Part shown: in pieces, positions 1 to 9,186 of the stretch
How the letters are laid out: every line of letters begins with the position of its first letter
Numbering within the stretch: position 1 is the stretch's first letter
Source of the DNA: a virus
Lineage: Duplodnaviria; Heunggongvirae; Uroviricota; Caudoviricetes
DNA length: 36,596 bases
IMG/VR virus record: IMGVR_UViG_3300028603_000003
Strand: one strand, 5' to 3'
Notes under the pieces: generated by a model
What the model was told of the DNA's origin: nothing
Database searches by the model: none
What the model saw: only the letters and a program-made list of their open reading frames with translations
Made by a program: the position numbers and the translations under genes

Positions 1-64
1 AGAAACTCCTTGCGGAGTATGGGTCAAAAGTCAATATGCACCACAGTGGTACAGCTACGAAGAT

Positions 65-343
65 TTGAAGAAACACCGTTATCTGAAGTGGGTGCACAAC
101 ACCGCAACAAAAAAGCACTGCTATCCAACTTTGAAGGAAGCGATTGACTCTTTCAAAGAGCGCAAGATTCGGCAGGCTTCGATTCTCAACAGTCAACTTC
201 GCCAAGTACAAACCGTATTGGATGGCGCGAAGATTTGGGAGAACGCGGAGCTTTCGGACTTCGAGACTAATGCTTTGGATATTTTAAGTTCGGGAGAAGA
301 AATTTCTTTGTATTGTGCTGTTGCACACGACACTGACACGTGA
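65..343 (+). CDS. hypothetical phage protein (probably 5'-partial)
   Basis: ORF co-directional with the downstream genes; no recognisable motif. Confidence 0.55.
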   Translation: MKKHRYLKWVHNTATKKHCYPTLKEAIDSFKERKIRQASILNSQLRQVQTVLDGAKIWENAELSDFETNALDILSSGEEISLYCAVAHDTDT

Positions 344-379
344 TATAATTGTCTCATCAACTGACAACAGGAATCAAAG

Positions 380-583
380 ATGACCAAGTATGAGTTTTCT
401 GACGCAGAATTGAAGAAAATCTTCCATATTCACGAAATTTCTGGTCCTCGTGCAGCCTATGCATATCACGTTCTGCCGGAAGAGATTATGAACAGTGGCA
501 TGAAAATCAACACTATCGATGTAGAAGACTTCATCATCCAGTTTTACTCGCAATACAACGATCGTTTTGGCCTCACTTTTTAA
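380..583 (+). CDS. hypothetical protein
   Basis: ATG with AGGA SD, downstream of a TATAAT box at ~345. Confidence 0.65.
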   Translation: MTKYEFSDAELKKIFHIHEISGPRAAYAYHVLPEEIMNSGMKINTIDVEDFIIQFYSQYNDRFGLTF

Positions 584-598
584 TTAAAGGAAAACATA

Positions 599-865
599 GT
601 GAAGAAACTTATCGCAGCAATCATCGCCGTTGTTGGTCTTGTTGGACTTACCGGGTGCGAACAATACGTGACTAATAAGCTCGGCGGAACAACAGAGCTA
701 AAGATTCCTGAAGGTGCTCGGTTGGTTAACGTAACTTGGAAGCTAGATAATATTTGGTATCTGGTTTACTTTGAAGACACCAATACTTGTCACTTCAAAG
801 AATCCGCTAGCATGGGTGTTCTGGAGGGTACAGTTGTAATCAAGGATTGCAACCCAATTCGATAG
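599..865 (+). CDS. putative lipoprotein
   Basis: MKK + hydrophobic stretch + lipobox LTGC; AAGGA SD. Confidence 0.75.
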   Translation: MKKLIAAIIAVVGLVGLTGCEQYVTNKLGGTTELKIPEGARLVNVTWKLDNIWYLVYFEDTNTCHFKESASMGVLEGTVVIKDCNPIR

Positions 866-873
866 GGGGTTTT

Positions 874-1272
874 GTGAGAGTTCTGGTTTGTGGTGGAAGA
901 AATTTTAGTGACCGGGAATTGTTGTACAAGGTTCTTAATATAATCCACAATGGGATCAAAAGCGGAATCACAACAATCATTCACGGTGGCGCTTCTGGTG
1001 CCGACTCGATTGCTGGAGAATGGTCGGCAGATGTCCTGAAAAAAGAAGCCGAAGTCTACCTCGCAAATTGGAACCTACACAAAACCGCAGCGGGTCCGAT
1101 ACGCAACAGGAAGATGCTAAAAGAAGGAAAGCCAGACATTGTTGTTGCATTTCCGGGTGGAAGCGGAACTTCTGATATGATAAAGATTGCTGCTGCGGCT
1201 GGGGTAAAAGTTTTCGATATTGAAAAGAAATTGGTATACAACGAACGCAACTCGGTGACAAAGTTCTTATGA
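874..1272 (+). CDS. SLOG/YspA-like (DUF2493) nucleotide-binding protein
   Basis: VLVCGGR, IIHGGASGAD, AGPIRN and VAFPGGSGT motifs; GTG start after a GGGGG SD. Confidence 0.85.
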   Translation: MRVLVCGGRNFSDRELLYKVLNIIHNGIKSGITTIIHGGASGADSIAGEWSADVLKKEAEVYLANWNLHKTAAGPIRNRKMLKEGKPDIVVAFPGGSGTSDMIKIAAAAGVKVFDIEKKLVYNERNSVTKFL

Positions 1273-1547
1273 AGCTAACAGAATACACTAAAACCAAAAC
1301 AAAAAATGATTTTGGGGTAGACGGAATTCCTCTTACTCCAGAGCGCGGAGGTTATCTCGAAGACCTTGAGGATGCGGTTTATTGGGCATGCAAGAACACT
1401 TCTGAAAATCTTCCTGATGCATATGGGCATTTTGCTACCGATGAAGTTTTTGACCGCAAGTTGACTTCAAGTTCAGAACTTGTTAAGATGTGGATGGCTG
1501 GTCTAATGCCCGAGTGGGCCAACTGCTTTTATTGGAATGAGGTATAA
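1269..1547 (+). CDS. hypothetical protein
   Basis: ATGA overlap with the upstream gene. Confidence 0.65.
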   Translation: MKLTEYTKTKTKNDFGVDGIPLTPERGGYLEDLEDAVYWACKNTSENLPDAYGHFATDEVFDRKLTSSSELVKMWMAGLMPEWANCFYWNEV

Positions 1548-1926
1548 CTATATGAGCAAAATCGCCCCAAGCCTAGTAAATTCCTTCGAGCTAGATTATA
1601 AGAAGCTAAACTCTCTGATGCAATACAAACTACCAAAAAGCGAACAAACCTTCAACAAAGCATACGAAATCTACACCAAGACCCTAAATGGGGTTCACAC
1701 ATTCGAGAAAGGCTTCAATGATCTTTTCCTTCTTCGCCACGATGCCCTGATGGAAGTCAACAAATTTCTGTTTGACGAAGACCAAGAAAAGCTTTATGAT
1801 ATGAAAGATGACGACGAAGAAGGTTGGAGTCTGTACAAAGAAAAGTCAGAAGAGTATCGAATCCTAGACTTCTTCTTCACTCGACTTCTTAACGTGGCAA
1901 ACCAAATTACCGTCGAAGGGAAGTGA
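1537..1926 (+). CDS. hypothetical protein
   Basis: Tightly packed ORF in the operon. Confidence 0.65.
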   Translation: MRYNYMSKIAPSLVNSFELDYKKLNSLMQYKLPKSEQTFNKAYEIYTKTLNGVHTFEKGFNDLFLLRHDALMEVNKFLFDEDQEKLYDMKDDDEEGWSLYKEKSEEYRILDFFFTRLLNVANQITVEGK

Positions 1927-2126
1927 TGAATCTGCACTACAAGAGTCTGTATGATGCTCTCGATCTATTCTCGACCGAGGGCACAGGAACACAGCTAATC
2001 AACATCCTTGTAGAGTATCTATGTGAAGACCCGCGATGGCTTGTTGACAACATTAGTACAATTGATGCAGAACGTCTTGTAAAGCTAGCAAAGTTAATTG
2101 AGGGTAATTTTAAAAATGAAGCTTGA
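1923..2126 (+). CDS. hypothetical protein
   Basis: Overlaps neighbouring genes; directly upstream of rIIA. Confidence 0.6.
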   Translation: MMNLHYKSLYDALDLFSTEGTGTQLINILVEYLCEDPRWLVDNISTIDAERLVKLAKLIEGNFKNEA

Positions 2127-4323
2127 TCACTACAATCGAAAAGTCTTTACTGTTGGTGGCGAAACGACCGCATTCACTGCAACCATGAATGGTGCAGCAT
2201 TTGCGATCCTTTCCGACGCGATCTATCAACATAAGTTGGCGGCAATTGTCCGCGAACTCTCGTGCAATGCATACGACAGTCACGTCGAGGCAGGCAAGGC
2301 CGACGTGCCGTTTACGATTGCTCTACCAAACCATCTATCTTCAAACCTAATCATTTCAGATGAGGGTGTGGGCCTTGACGATATTGGTGTGCGAAAGGTT
2401 TTTGCTTCGTACTTCAATTCAACAAAGACTAACTCGAATGACGTGACAGGCGGCATGGGTATCGGGGCAAAGAGTGTTTTCTCTTACAGCAACTCGTTTA
2501 CCATTGTCGCTCGAAAGGACGGAGTCGAGCGAGTCTATAACGCATTCATTGGTGAAGCTGGCGTTCCGCAAGTCCAGATCGTATCACACGAAGACACCGA
2601 AGAAAAAAATGGCGTTAGCATCTATGTTCCGATCAAGGAACAGGACTACTCTTTGGTTGAATCTGAAACTTCTGTTATTGCCTCGATGTTCAAAACTATT
2701 CCGAACGTTACCGGCAAGACAGGCTTCAAGCTTCATCGAGAAGATATATATGAGCAAATCGAAAAGACTGGCTACGCAAAGATTCCTCGATTTTCCTCTT
2801 CTAAGCTATACTCCACAAATCGCCACTACGCTCTGATGGGAAATGTGATTTACCCGATTCCCGCAACTGTTGCTGTAGAGGTTGATAACTTTATAAGTGC
2901 TTTGATTAATAGCAACGAAGCTATCGTCATTCCGTTCAGTGTAGGGGACTTGACACCTGCCGCGTCCAGAGAATCACTTAGCCTTAACGAAAAAACAACC
3001 AAGGTAGTAATTGATAAGTTCAACGCTGCCGTCGCAAAGGCAAAGTCTAATATTCAAGAAGAGTTGAAAAACTTTGATCATCCGGTCCCTGCTTATCGAT
3101 ACCTTATTAGCAGGGTAACTGCACAATTTGCAGGAGGGTTCAAATTCAAAGGCAAAGACTTCTCGCGTGTAGTTTCTCGGAAGTTTAAACTGCACAACTT
3201 TTGTATTCCAAAGTCTGTGTTTTATCCGAGCAGGGGGTATAAGCCAAGAGTCAATAGGCGCGAAGAGTTTACAGTCTATGACGCTGCACCCCTAACAAAA
3301 GTTGTGGTCTACCAGAAGTCAGAGGAAAAGAGTCCGAGCGAAACAAAGCGCAACGCTTATTTTAAAGATTATGTTTCGAGTAACAATAGCGAAATGTATT
3401 CTACCCTGTTCTTGGAATTCTCTAGGGTTCTGAGTGCGGCGCAGCGTAAGCGTTTGGAAAACTATCTTCAAGTAAAAACTTTCGTGTATGTGACTGACGC
3501 GGAAGTGAAGAAGTTTTCAGACTCAAACAAAGCTCCTACTGCTGGTAGAAAGCAGAATTCCGAAAAGACCGACACTACAATTTACTGTAAGGTTATTCGA
3601 AACTATAGCACTGTTGACGCAATCAACAACGTTGATGTCTCTGAACCGGGAATTTCTTATTACTGGATCGATTGCGATCCAAATGAAGAAAATTACATTT
3701 CGCCTTCATTCTTTTCCACTGAAGGGTCAGAGGTCAGATACATTCTAAAGAACAAGATTAATGCTTCAAAGATTGAAAAACTCGGAATCTTGGGGTACAC
3801 ACAGCTAACCAAAAACCTTGAAAAAGAAAAGAAAGATGAGATTACAAAGTATTTGACGTACAAGAAGCTGGACACAGTTCTTTGTTTCTCACAACCTTAT
3901 GGGGGCGCTGTAACAGTATCTTTGAGGTCGCAAACCAGATTGGATAAGATTTATTCTGTGTCTGAACTGGTCAAGAAAAGACTAGAACCTATCCTTGATC
4001 GCGTAAAAAACTTCTACGCACAAAATAAAGACTTGTTTTCAAAGATGGATCGTGCTCTTGCTTTTGGGGCCGAAGCTCCTTCGAGTGTTTCTTCTTGGCT
4101 TTCTAAGCTGGAAGGCGCTGAGCCACTCAAAGTCTTCACGGAAGTTCAGGCGGAACTCGATACCTTGTCGCTACAGTATGCAGACGCATGGGACATCATT
4201 TCTAGAATCCCCGTTTATAATCAAGATCAAGCGACTATTAAACGTATTGTTGACTTGGTAGAAGAGCTTGAGTATCATAGATCAGATGCAGCAAACCCTA
4301 ACCTAAATTTGAAAGCAGCTTAA
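2116..4323 (+). CDS. rIIA: rIIA-like protein with N-terminal GHKL ATPase domain
   Basis: VRELSCNAYDSH, ISDEGVGL and GGMGIGAKS GHKL motifs, plus SRESLS; adjacent to rIIB; ATG at 2116 after GAGGG. Confidence 0.92.
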   Translation: MKLDHYNRKVFTVGGETTAFTATMNGAAFAILSDAIYQHKLAAIVRELSCNAYDSHVEAGKADVPFTIALPNHLSSNLIISDEGVGLDDIGVRKVFASYFNSTKTNSNDVTGGMGIGAKSVFSYSNSFTIVARKDGVERVYNAFIGEAGVPQVQIVSHEDTEEKNGVSIYVPIKEQDYSLVESETSVIASMFKTIPNVTGKTGFKLHREDIYEQIEKTGYAKIPRFSSSKLYSTNRHYALMGNVIYPIPATVAVEVDNFISALINSNEAIVIPFSVGDLTPAASRESLSLNEKTTKVVIDKFNAAVAKAKSNIQEELKNFDHPVPAYRYLISRVTAQFAGGFKFKGKDFSRVVSRKFKLHNFCIPKSVFYPSRGYKPRVNRREEFTVYDAAPLTKVVVYQKSEEKSPSETKRNAYFKDYVSSNNSEMYSTLFLEFSRVLSAAQRKRLENYLQVKTFVYVTDAEVKKFSDSNKAPTAGRKQNSEKTDTTIYCKVIRNYSTVDAINNVDVSEPGISYYWIDCDPNEENYISPSFFSTEGSEVRYILKNKINASKIEKLGILGYTQLTKNLEKEKKDEITKYLTYKKLDTVLCFSQPYGGAVTVSLRSQTRLDKIYSVSELVKKRLEPILDRVKNFYAQNKDLFSKMDRALAFGAEAPSSVSSWLSKLEGAEPLKVFTEVQAELDTLSLQYADAWDIISRIPVYNQDQATIKRIVDLVEELEYHRSDAANPNLNLKAA

Positions 4324-4335
4324 AAGGATATCATC

Positions 4336-5298
4336 ATGGCAAGCAAACAAGATTATGAAATTTGTGCCCTAATCGAACAAGGCAAAAGCAAGGCAGAAGT
4401 CGGACGGTTGTTTGGGGTTTCTCCCCGAACCGTTGGTCGGGCAGTTGAACGAGTCATCAAAGAAAAATTTGACAAGTATCGAAAGTCAGAGGTTGAGCCA
4501 GTCGGTGGAGTGCGGACATTTGAAATCAAAGACCGCCCGAAGTATTCTTACAGTGTGGTTGTCACAGAGGAACATCTGACAATTATCAAGAACCCCGGCA
4601 ACTCTGTTTACATTTCAAATGCTGACGCCCGGTTCGAAGACTTCTTTTCTCAAATCATGAAAAGTCGAGGAAGCCAATCTGTTCTAGAACGCCTGTATGA
4701 ACAGCTATCACCCATCAGTCAGCTAGAGGCTTGTGAGGCTTTTGGTGTTGAGTTCGACCATAAGACCTGTCAGGTGTCCTTCCACGGAGAGCCAATTTCC
4801 GAAGGTCTTGGCAACCGTCTGGTAGAAGCTGCCAAGAGTCGAGACATGGAAACATTCGAGTCACTAGCAGCCTTCACCAAGAACCTGAACCAAAACCCCT
4901 CTTATCGGGCCGTGAACGAGCTTTACGATTTTCTTGTGGCGTCAGATATCAAGATCACAAAAGACGGCTTGGTAGAATGTTTTAAGCGTGTAAATGAAAA
5001 CTACACTGACGTATATAGTGGAAAGTTTGACAATAGTCCGGGAAAGTATGTCAACGTACCTCGAAACAAAGTAGATGAGAACTCAGAGGTTACTTGCAGT
5101 TACGGGCTGCACGTCTGTTCGAAGGCTTATCTTTCCTCCTACAGTGGGGCACGAGTTGTCAAGGTACACGTTCACCCTAAAGACTTTGTGGCTATCCCAA
5201 GGGATTATTACTCGATTGACGGTCAAGGCGAAGTAAAAGCCAAGGCTCGCGTTTGTGCATACAAGGTAATTGAGGACGTTACCAAAGAGGTTCTTTGA
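4336..5298 (+). CDS. rIIB: rIIB-like protein
   Basis: N-terminal HTH; NPSYRAVNELYDFL, CSYGLHVCS and VHPKDFVAIPRDY motifs. Confidence 0.92.
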   Translation: MASKQDYEICALIEQGKSKAEVGRLFGVSPRTVGRAVERVIKEKFDKYRKSEVEPVGGVRTFEIKDRPKYSYSVVVTEEHLTIIKNPGNSVYISNADARFEDFFSQIMKSRGSQSVLERLYEQLSPISQLEACEAFGVEFDHKTCQVSFHGEPISEGLGNRLVEAAKSRDMETFESLAAFTKNLNQNPSYRAVNELYDFLVASDIKITKDGLVECFKRVNENYTDVYSGKFDNSPGKYVNVPRNKVDENSEVTCSYGLHVCSKAYLSSYSGARVVKVHVHPKDFVAIPRDYYSIDGQGEVKAKARVCAYKVIEDVTKEVL

Positions 5299-5338
5299 TT
5301 AGAACCTCCTAAATAATAAAAACAACTTGAGGTAACAC

Positions 5339-5587
5339 ATGCCAATCTACACAGTCAGAAATAACAAGACCGGCGAAGTAAAAGATGTGATTATGAAGAT
5401 TTCAGAAAAGGATCAATATCTTGTTGACAATCCTGACTGTGAGTTCATCATCACACAAGCACCAAGTCTTGGCGACTCTATCCGTCTTGGAGTGAAGCGC
5501 CCCGACGGAGCTTGGAAAGAAGTTCTTCAGAAGATCGACGAACGCACACCCGGTTCACAACTCAAAGATAACTCTCGATATCTTTGA
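5339..5587 (+). CDS. FmdB-like small protein of T4-like phages
   Basis: MPIYT.RN.KTGE start and GAWKEVLQKI...PGS end; usual position before phoH. Confidence 0.7.
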   Translation: MPIYTVRNNKTGEVKDVIMKISEKDQYLVDNPDCEFIITQAPSLGDSIRLGVKRPDGAWKEVLQKIDERTPGSQLKDNSRYL

Positions 5588-5595
5588 AAACCCCA

Positions 5596-5637
5596 AACCC
5601 TCTTATTGGATAGTACCAGTCCAGTACAGAGGGTTTT
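5596..5637 (+). terminator. hairpin / probable intrinsic terminator
   Basis: AAACCCTC...GAGGGTTT stem followed by a T-rich tail. Confidence 0.55.
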
Positions 5638-5662
5638 ATTTTAACTGCATCAGGAGCAATAC

Positions 5663-6433
5663 ATGTCACGTTCAGCCCGCAGACTGCGCAAGCAACTTTC
5701 ACGCCAGAAGGAAGTCGATGTTCGCTTTATCCAAAACGACTACGATATCCTGCCACAGAAAAAGACATTCACACTAAAAGATTTGAAACAAATCAAACCC
5801 CTGACAAAGACTCAAGAAGAAGCATTCTACGAATGGTACGACTCAGATAAAGAAGGATACTATAATGACGTTGTGTGTATGACTGGAGCGGCGGGAACAG
5901 GTAAGACAATGCTGGCTTGTTATATGGGGTTGCAGTCTATCTTGGACCCAGACACACCATTCGAAAAAATCGTGATTGTTAGGAGCGCGGTTGCAAGTAG
6001 AGAGATAGGCCACCTTCCGGGTGAAGAGGACGATAAGATTTCTGTGTACAAACAGCCATATCACTATTTGTTTGACAAGTTTTTCTCTTATGCCAAGTCA
6101 TTCAAGAACATGGAAGACATTGGGCTAGTGCAGTTCGAATGCACATCCTTCCTTCGCGGAGTGACCTTCGACAACGCTATCGTGATCTTGGATGAATGTC
6201 AAGACACAACCGCTGTTGAATTCGAAACCGTCCTCACACGACTAGGAAAGAACTCTAGAATGTTTGTGGTCGGCGACATCTGGCAGAACGACTTGGGCAG
6301 TAAGTCTGGCTTCAACGAAGTATTGCATGTATTAAAGAAAACAGAAGGCGTTTCGATTGTCGAGTTTGGTGTTGACGACATCGTCCGTTCTGGGTTTGTT
6401 AAAAACTATTTGGTTGCTAAGCACACGAGGTGA
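5663..6433 (+). CDS. phoH: PhoH family ATPase
   Basis: GAAGTGKT, IGHLPG, FLRGVTF, ILDECQ, GDIWQND and DIVRSG motifs. Confidence 0.95.
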   Translation: MSRSARRLRKQLSRQKEVDVRFIQNDYDILPQKKTFTLKDLKQIKPLTKTQEEAFYEWYDSDKEGYYNDVVCMTGAAGTGKTMLACYMGLQSILDPDTPFEKIVIVRSAVASREIGHLPGEEDDKISVYKQPYHYLFDKFFSYAKSFKNMEDIGLVQFECTSFLRGVTFDNAIVILDECQDTTAVEFETVLTRLGKNSRMFVVGDIWQNDLGSKSGFNEVLHVLKKTEGVSIVEFGVDDIVRSGFVKNYLVAKHTR

Positions 6434-6434
6434 A

Positions 6435-6671
6435 ATGAAAGAAGAACTATTGAGTAAGATTGTCGAAGGCGGGTTCGAACGAGTAGCAAAAAGAATCGAG
6501 TTGTTCTGGGACGAACCCGACATTAACTACGTCTTTACCTCACTGATCATCAGCGACAGGGAACACCGACAAGGGTTCCCGCCAGAAGTGATGGAGGCGA
6601 TTCTCAAGCTTTATCGGCTACGGTGGCCTGAAACTGAATATGATGTGTGGGTTGAGAATAACCTAAAATGA
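6435..6671 (+). CDS. small hypothetical protein (RQGFPPEV motif)
   Basis: ATG at 6435 after GAGG; motif recalled from beta-proteobacterial proteins (not verified). Confidence 0.7.
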   Translation: MKEELLSKIVEGGFERVAKRIELFWDEPDINYVFTSLIISDREHRQGFPPEVMEAILKLYRLRWPETEYDVWVENNLK

Positions 6672-6696
6672 AAAAGGGGCCACCGGCCCCTTTTGT
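6671..6696. terminator. bidirectional intrinsic terminator
   Basis: AAAAAGGGGCC-ACC-GGCCCCTTTT. Confidence 0.85.
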
Positions 6697-6698
6697 CT

Positions 6699-6706
6699 TA
6701 TAAATA
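6699..6706 (+). promoter_or_regulatory. T4-type late promoter
   Basis: Exact TATAAATA just after a terminator, upstream of the lysin cassette. Confidence 0.7.
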
Positions 6707-6737
6707 GTTGTTGACTCAAACTATAAATTTAGGTACA

Positions 6738-6971
6738 ATGCATCACATCGAAACGGAGAACATCATGCAAAACAACCTTAGCCGCGAAGAACTCTTTGAG
6801 AAGTTTGCCGAACAATACACCGCTGAACAGATCGCCAGCCTTGGGTGCATGCACATCATCGAAGAATTCGAAAAGAAATATGGCGCAGAAGAAGAAGAAG
6901 GACTGGCAGAGATTGTGATCGTCGAAGGCAAAGAGGACGAGAGCATCAAACTCGCTCTTGGATTTGTATGA
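6738..6971 (+). CDS. small acidic protein (possible antitoxin-like partner)
   Basis: Very Glu-rich; stop overlaps the next ATG (ATGA); start codon uncertain. Confidence 0.6.
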   Translation: MHHIETENIMQNNLSREELFEKFAEQYTAEQIASLGCMHIIEEFEKKYGAEEEEGLAEIVIVEGKEDESIKLALGFV

Positions 6972-7423
6972 AGAAAGTAACAATCCTACAGGACACCAAA
7001 AGACTAAAGGCATCAGTATCTTTGGCAAAGCGCGGAGTTCCGAAGCTACCTCAACTGTTAACAGACTTTTTGGAATTCAAAAAATTAAACCCAAAGCAGT
7101 CATATAATAAAAACGACGACGCGCTTAAGGGCGGAGAACTGAAAAGCCTTGGCCTTCGACATTTTGACATAGGCCGAGAATACAGGCTGTATTACCGAGT
7201 AGTCGAAGACACCGACTCCATAAAGGTTATACTTTATGGAGTTTTTACGCATGAAGAAACTGGAACTGGTAGACCCCCTAACCAAAACCGGCAAAAAAGT
7301 TTTGCAGATACTGTTAGAAACGCGGAAAACAGACTCACCCCAGTTTCAACAGACAGCAAGCTTGATCCAGTTATCGAGTGCTATTTTAACTGGATCAGGA
7401 AAGAATGTCAACTATGGAACTAA
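6968..7423 (+). CDS. RelE/YafQ-like mRNA interferase-fold protein
   Basis: DDALKGGELKSLGLRHFDIGREYRLYYRV...LYGVFTHEE resembles the YafQ/RelE core; ATG at 6968. Confidence 0.6.
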   Translation: MKKVTILQDTKRLKASVSLAKRGVPKLPQLLTDFLEFKKLNPKQSYNKNDDALKGGELKSLGLRHFDIGREYRLYYRVVEDTDSIKVILYGVFTHEETGTGRPPNQNRQKSFADTVRNAENRLTPVSTDSKLDPVIECYFNWIRKECQLWN

Positions 7424-8028
7424 CACTAGAACAACTAAAACTTTGTGTGCCTCTTTGCAAGAATCCCGAGGAACTTCTACCTCATCTGAATCATTACATG
7501 ATCAATGAAGGAATTATAACTCCACTTCGGAAGGCGCACTTCTTGGCGCAAGTTGCTCACGAGTCTGGAAACCTGAATGTGTTTTCCGAAAACCTTAACT
7601 ACTCCGCTGAAGGGCTGCAAAAGGTTTTCAAAAAATACTTTCCCGATTCCGCTTTAGCTTGGAAGTACGCCAGACAACCACAGGCTATAGCCAACAGAGT
7701 ATACGCGAATAGGATGGGGAACGGCCCGGAATCTTCTGGCGACGGGTGGAAGTATCGGGGCGCTGGACTAATCCAGCTAACAGGTAGGAACAACCAAGAA
7801 GCCTTCGCCAAAGCCACTGGGACGCCACTAGAGGGCATTGGAGACTATCTGAGATCGTCTGAGGGGGCTGTGCACTCTGCCGTATGGTTTTGGTCTGTAA
7901 ACGGCTTAAACAAACTCGCAGACGCCAACAACATAGATGCGATCACTAAGAGGATCAACGGCGGATATAACGGACTTCAGGACAGAGCGATGAAGTTTGA
8001 GAAGATGATAAAGATTCTAGACAAATAA
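7405..8028 (+). CDS. glycoside hydrolase family 19 (chitinase-like) endolysin
   Basis: FLAQVAHESG, ENLNYSA, YANRMGNG, YRGAGLIQLTG and TKRINGGYNGL motifs. Confidence 0.93.
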   Translation: MSTMELTLEQLKLCVPLCKNPEELLPHLNHYMINEGIITPLRKAHFLAQVAHESGNLNVFSENLNYSAEGLQKVFKKYFPDSALAWKYARQPQAIANRVYANRMGNGPESSGDGWKYRGAGLIQLTGRNNQEAFAKATGTPLEGIGDYLRSSEGAVHSAVWFWSVNGLNKLADANNIDAITKRINGGYNGLQDRAMKFEKMIKILDK

Positions 8029-8052
8029 AAAGGGGCCATCGGCCCCTTTTGT
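8027..8052. terminator. bidirectional terminator at the strand convergence
   Basis: AAAAAGGGGCC-ATC-GGCCCCTTTT between convergent genes. Confidence 0.9.
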
Positions 8053-8053
8053 T

Positions 8054-8836
8054 TTACAGCATCAAAAACTCTTTCAGCGCGTCCTTGATGTCGAACCCTA
8101 GAACGTGTGCAACCAAGGTTCCAACAACATACAAGAATCCTCTGAAGAAGTAGAAGTTTTCAGTGGGCACCCCACCAAAAACCTCAACCGCCAAGACCAC
8201 CAGATCGGCGACAAGAGCAAGACTTGCCACACTCATCACAAGGCCGACAACCCCGCCGATTGCCCACGCCAGCAGTTTGGCGGGGTAGTATAGAACCTTG
8301 TATGCTGCCCAACCCAGAGCAACAACCAACACTCCCAGAAGACCTCCGAAGCTGTAGGCAAAAAACTTGAGAACTCCAAGAAAGAAATTGCCAATCATGC
8401 CTTCACCTCGAACTTTTTTGTCAGGTTCCTTGGCAGAGCCTTTCTTTGCAGCTTTCGGCTTGGAGTTTTCCCAAACCAAATTTACAATTTCTATGGCTTC
8501 CCATGCGCTAAGGCCGGAAGCAGAACACACTTTGAGAATTTCGTTCTTGGTGCTGCCTTCCATGCGCATGCGGACAAGTTCGCGGACCAGTTCAACCTTG
8601 CTGACATGCTTGTTGGCCTCAGAGGCAAAGCTTTCATCGTACTTGGCTCGACTCTCTTTGTTCATCAGCACACTGTAAGCCTTGCGGATGTTCATAAACA
8701 TCTCGCTAGCATTAGCAGCCTTGTTCCTGTCAGGATGCCAAACCATAGCCATGCGCTTGTATGCAGCTTTGATAGCTTCGGGTCGCGCGGTTTTTTCGAG
8801 TCCCAGAAGTTCGTAGTAGTTCATGGTGGCAGACAT
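8054..8836 (-). CDS. DnaJ (J-domain) protein with C-terminal transmembrane segments
   Basis: NYYELLGL...WHPDRN J-domain; hydrophobic C-terminal half. Confidence 0.88.
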   Translation of the reverse strand: MSATMNYYELLGLEKTARPEAIKAAYKRMAMVWHPDRNKAANASEMFMNIRKAYSVLMNKESRAKYDESFASEANKHVSKVELVRELVRMRMEGSTKNEILKVCSASGLSAWEAIEIVNLVWENSKPKAAKKGSAKEPDKKVRGEGMIGNFFLGVLKFFAYSFGGLLGVLVVALGWAAYKVLYYPAKLLAWAIGGVVGLVMSVASLALVADLVVLAVEVFGGVPTENFYFFRGFLYVVGTLVAHVLGFDIKDALKEFLML

Positions 8837-8889
8837 TTGGCTTCTCCTATCAGTCGAAGATATGATACCACAACTGTAGGAGAAGTCAA

Positions 8890-9183
8890 CTATTTTAGTT
8901 TTATTTTTGTAGAGGTGCTCTCCAACATTTCAATCGCTGACAGATATTTGCGATCATCTTCAGTCGCCACCCGGATCACATCTCGCTCAAAGCTCGCATG
9001 TGATCCCCAATTTTCCACGTATTCGACACACAAATTTCCTTGGTCGTCTATCATGTGTGATCCTAAGTCTTTGGATTCGCCCCAGACATCGTACATGATT
9101 TTTATTGCAGATTCCAGAATAACAATTTCTGAAACCTCTACGTTAACGTGCTCGACCTTTTTGCCGAAAATTTTTATACTCAT
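8890..9183 (-). CDS. hypothetical protein
   Basis: GAGG SD; in operon. Confidence 0.65.
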   Translation of the reverse strand: MSIKIFGKKVEHVNVEVSEIVILESAIKIMYDVWGESKDLGSHMIDDQGNLCVEYVENWGSHASFERDVIRVATEDDRKYLSAIEMLESTSTKIKLK

Positions 9184-9186
9184 AAT

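Noticed and set aside
6845-6967. Arg-rich N-terminal extension of the RelE-like ORF
   Set aside because: An alternative-frame reading of the GAA-rich upstream gene; the likely start is the coupled ATG at 6968
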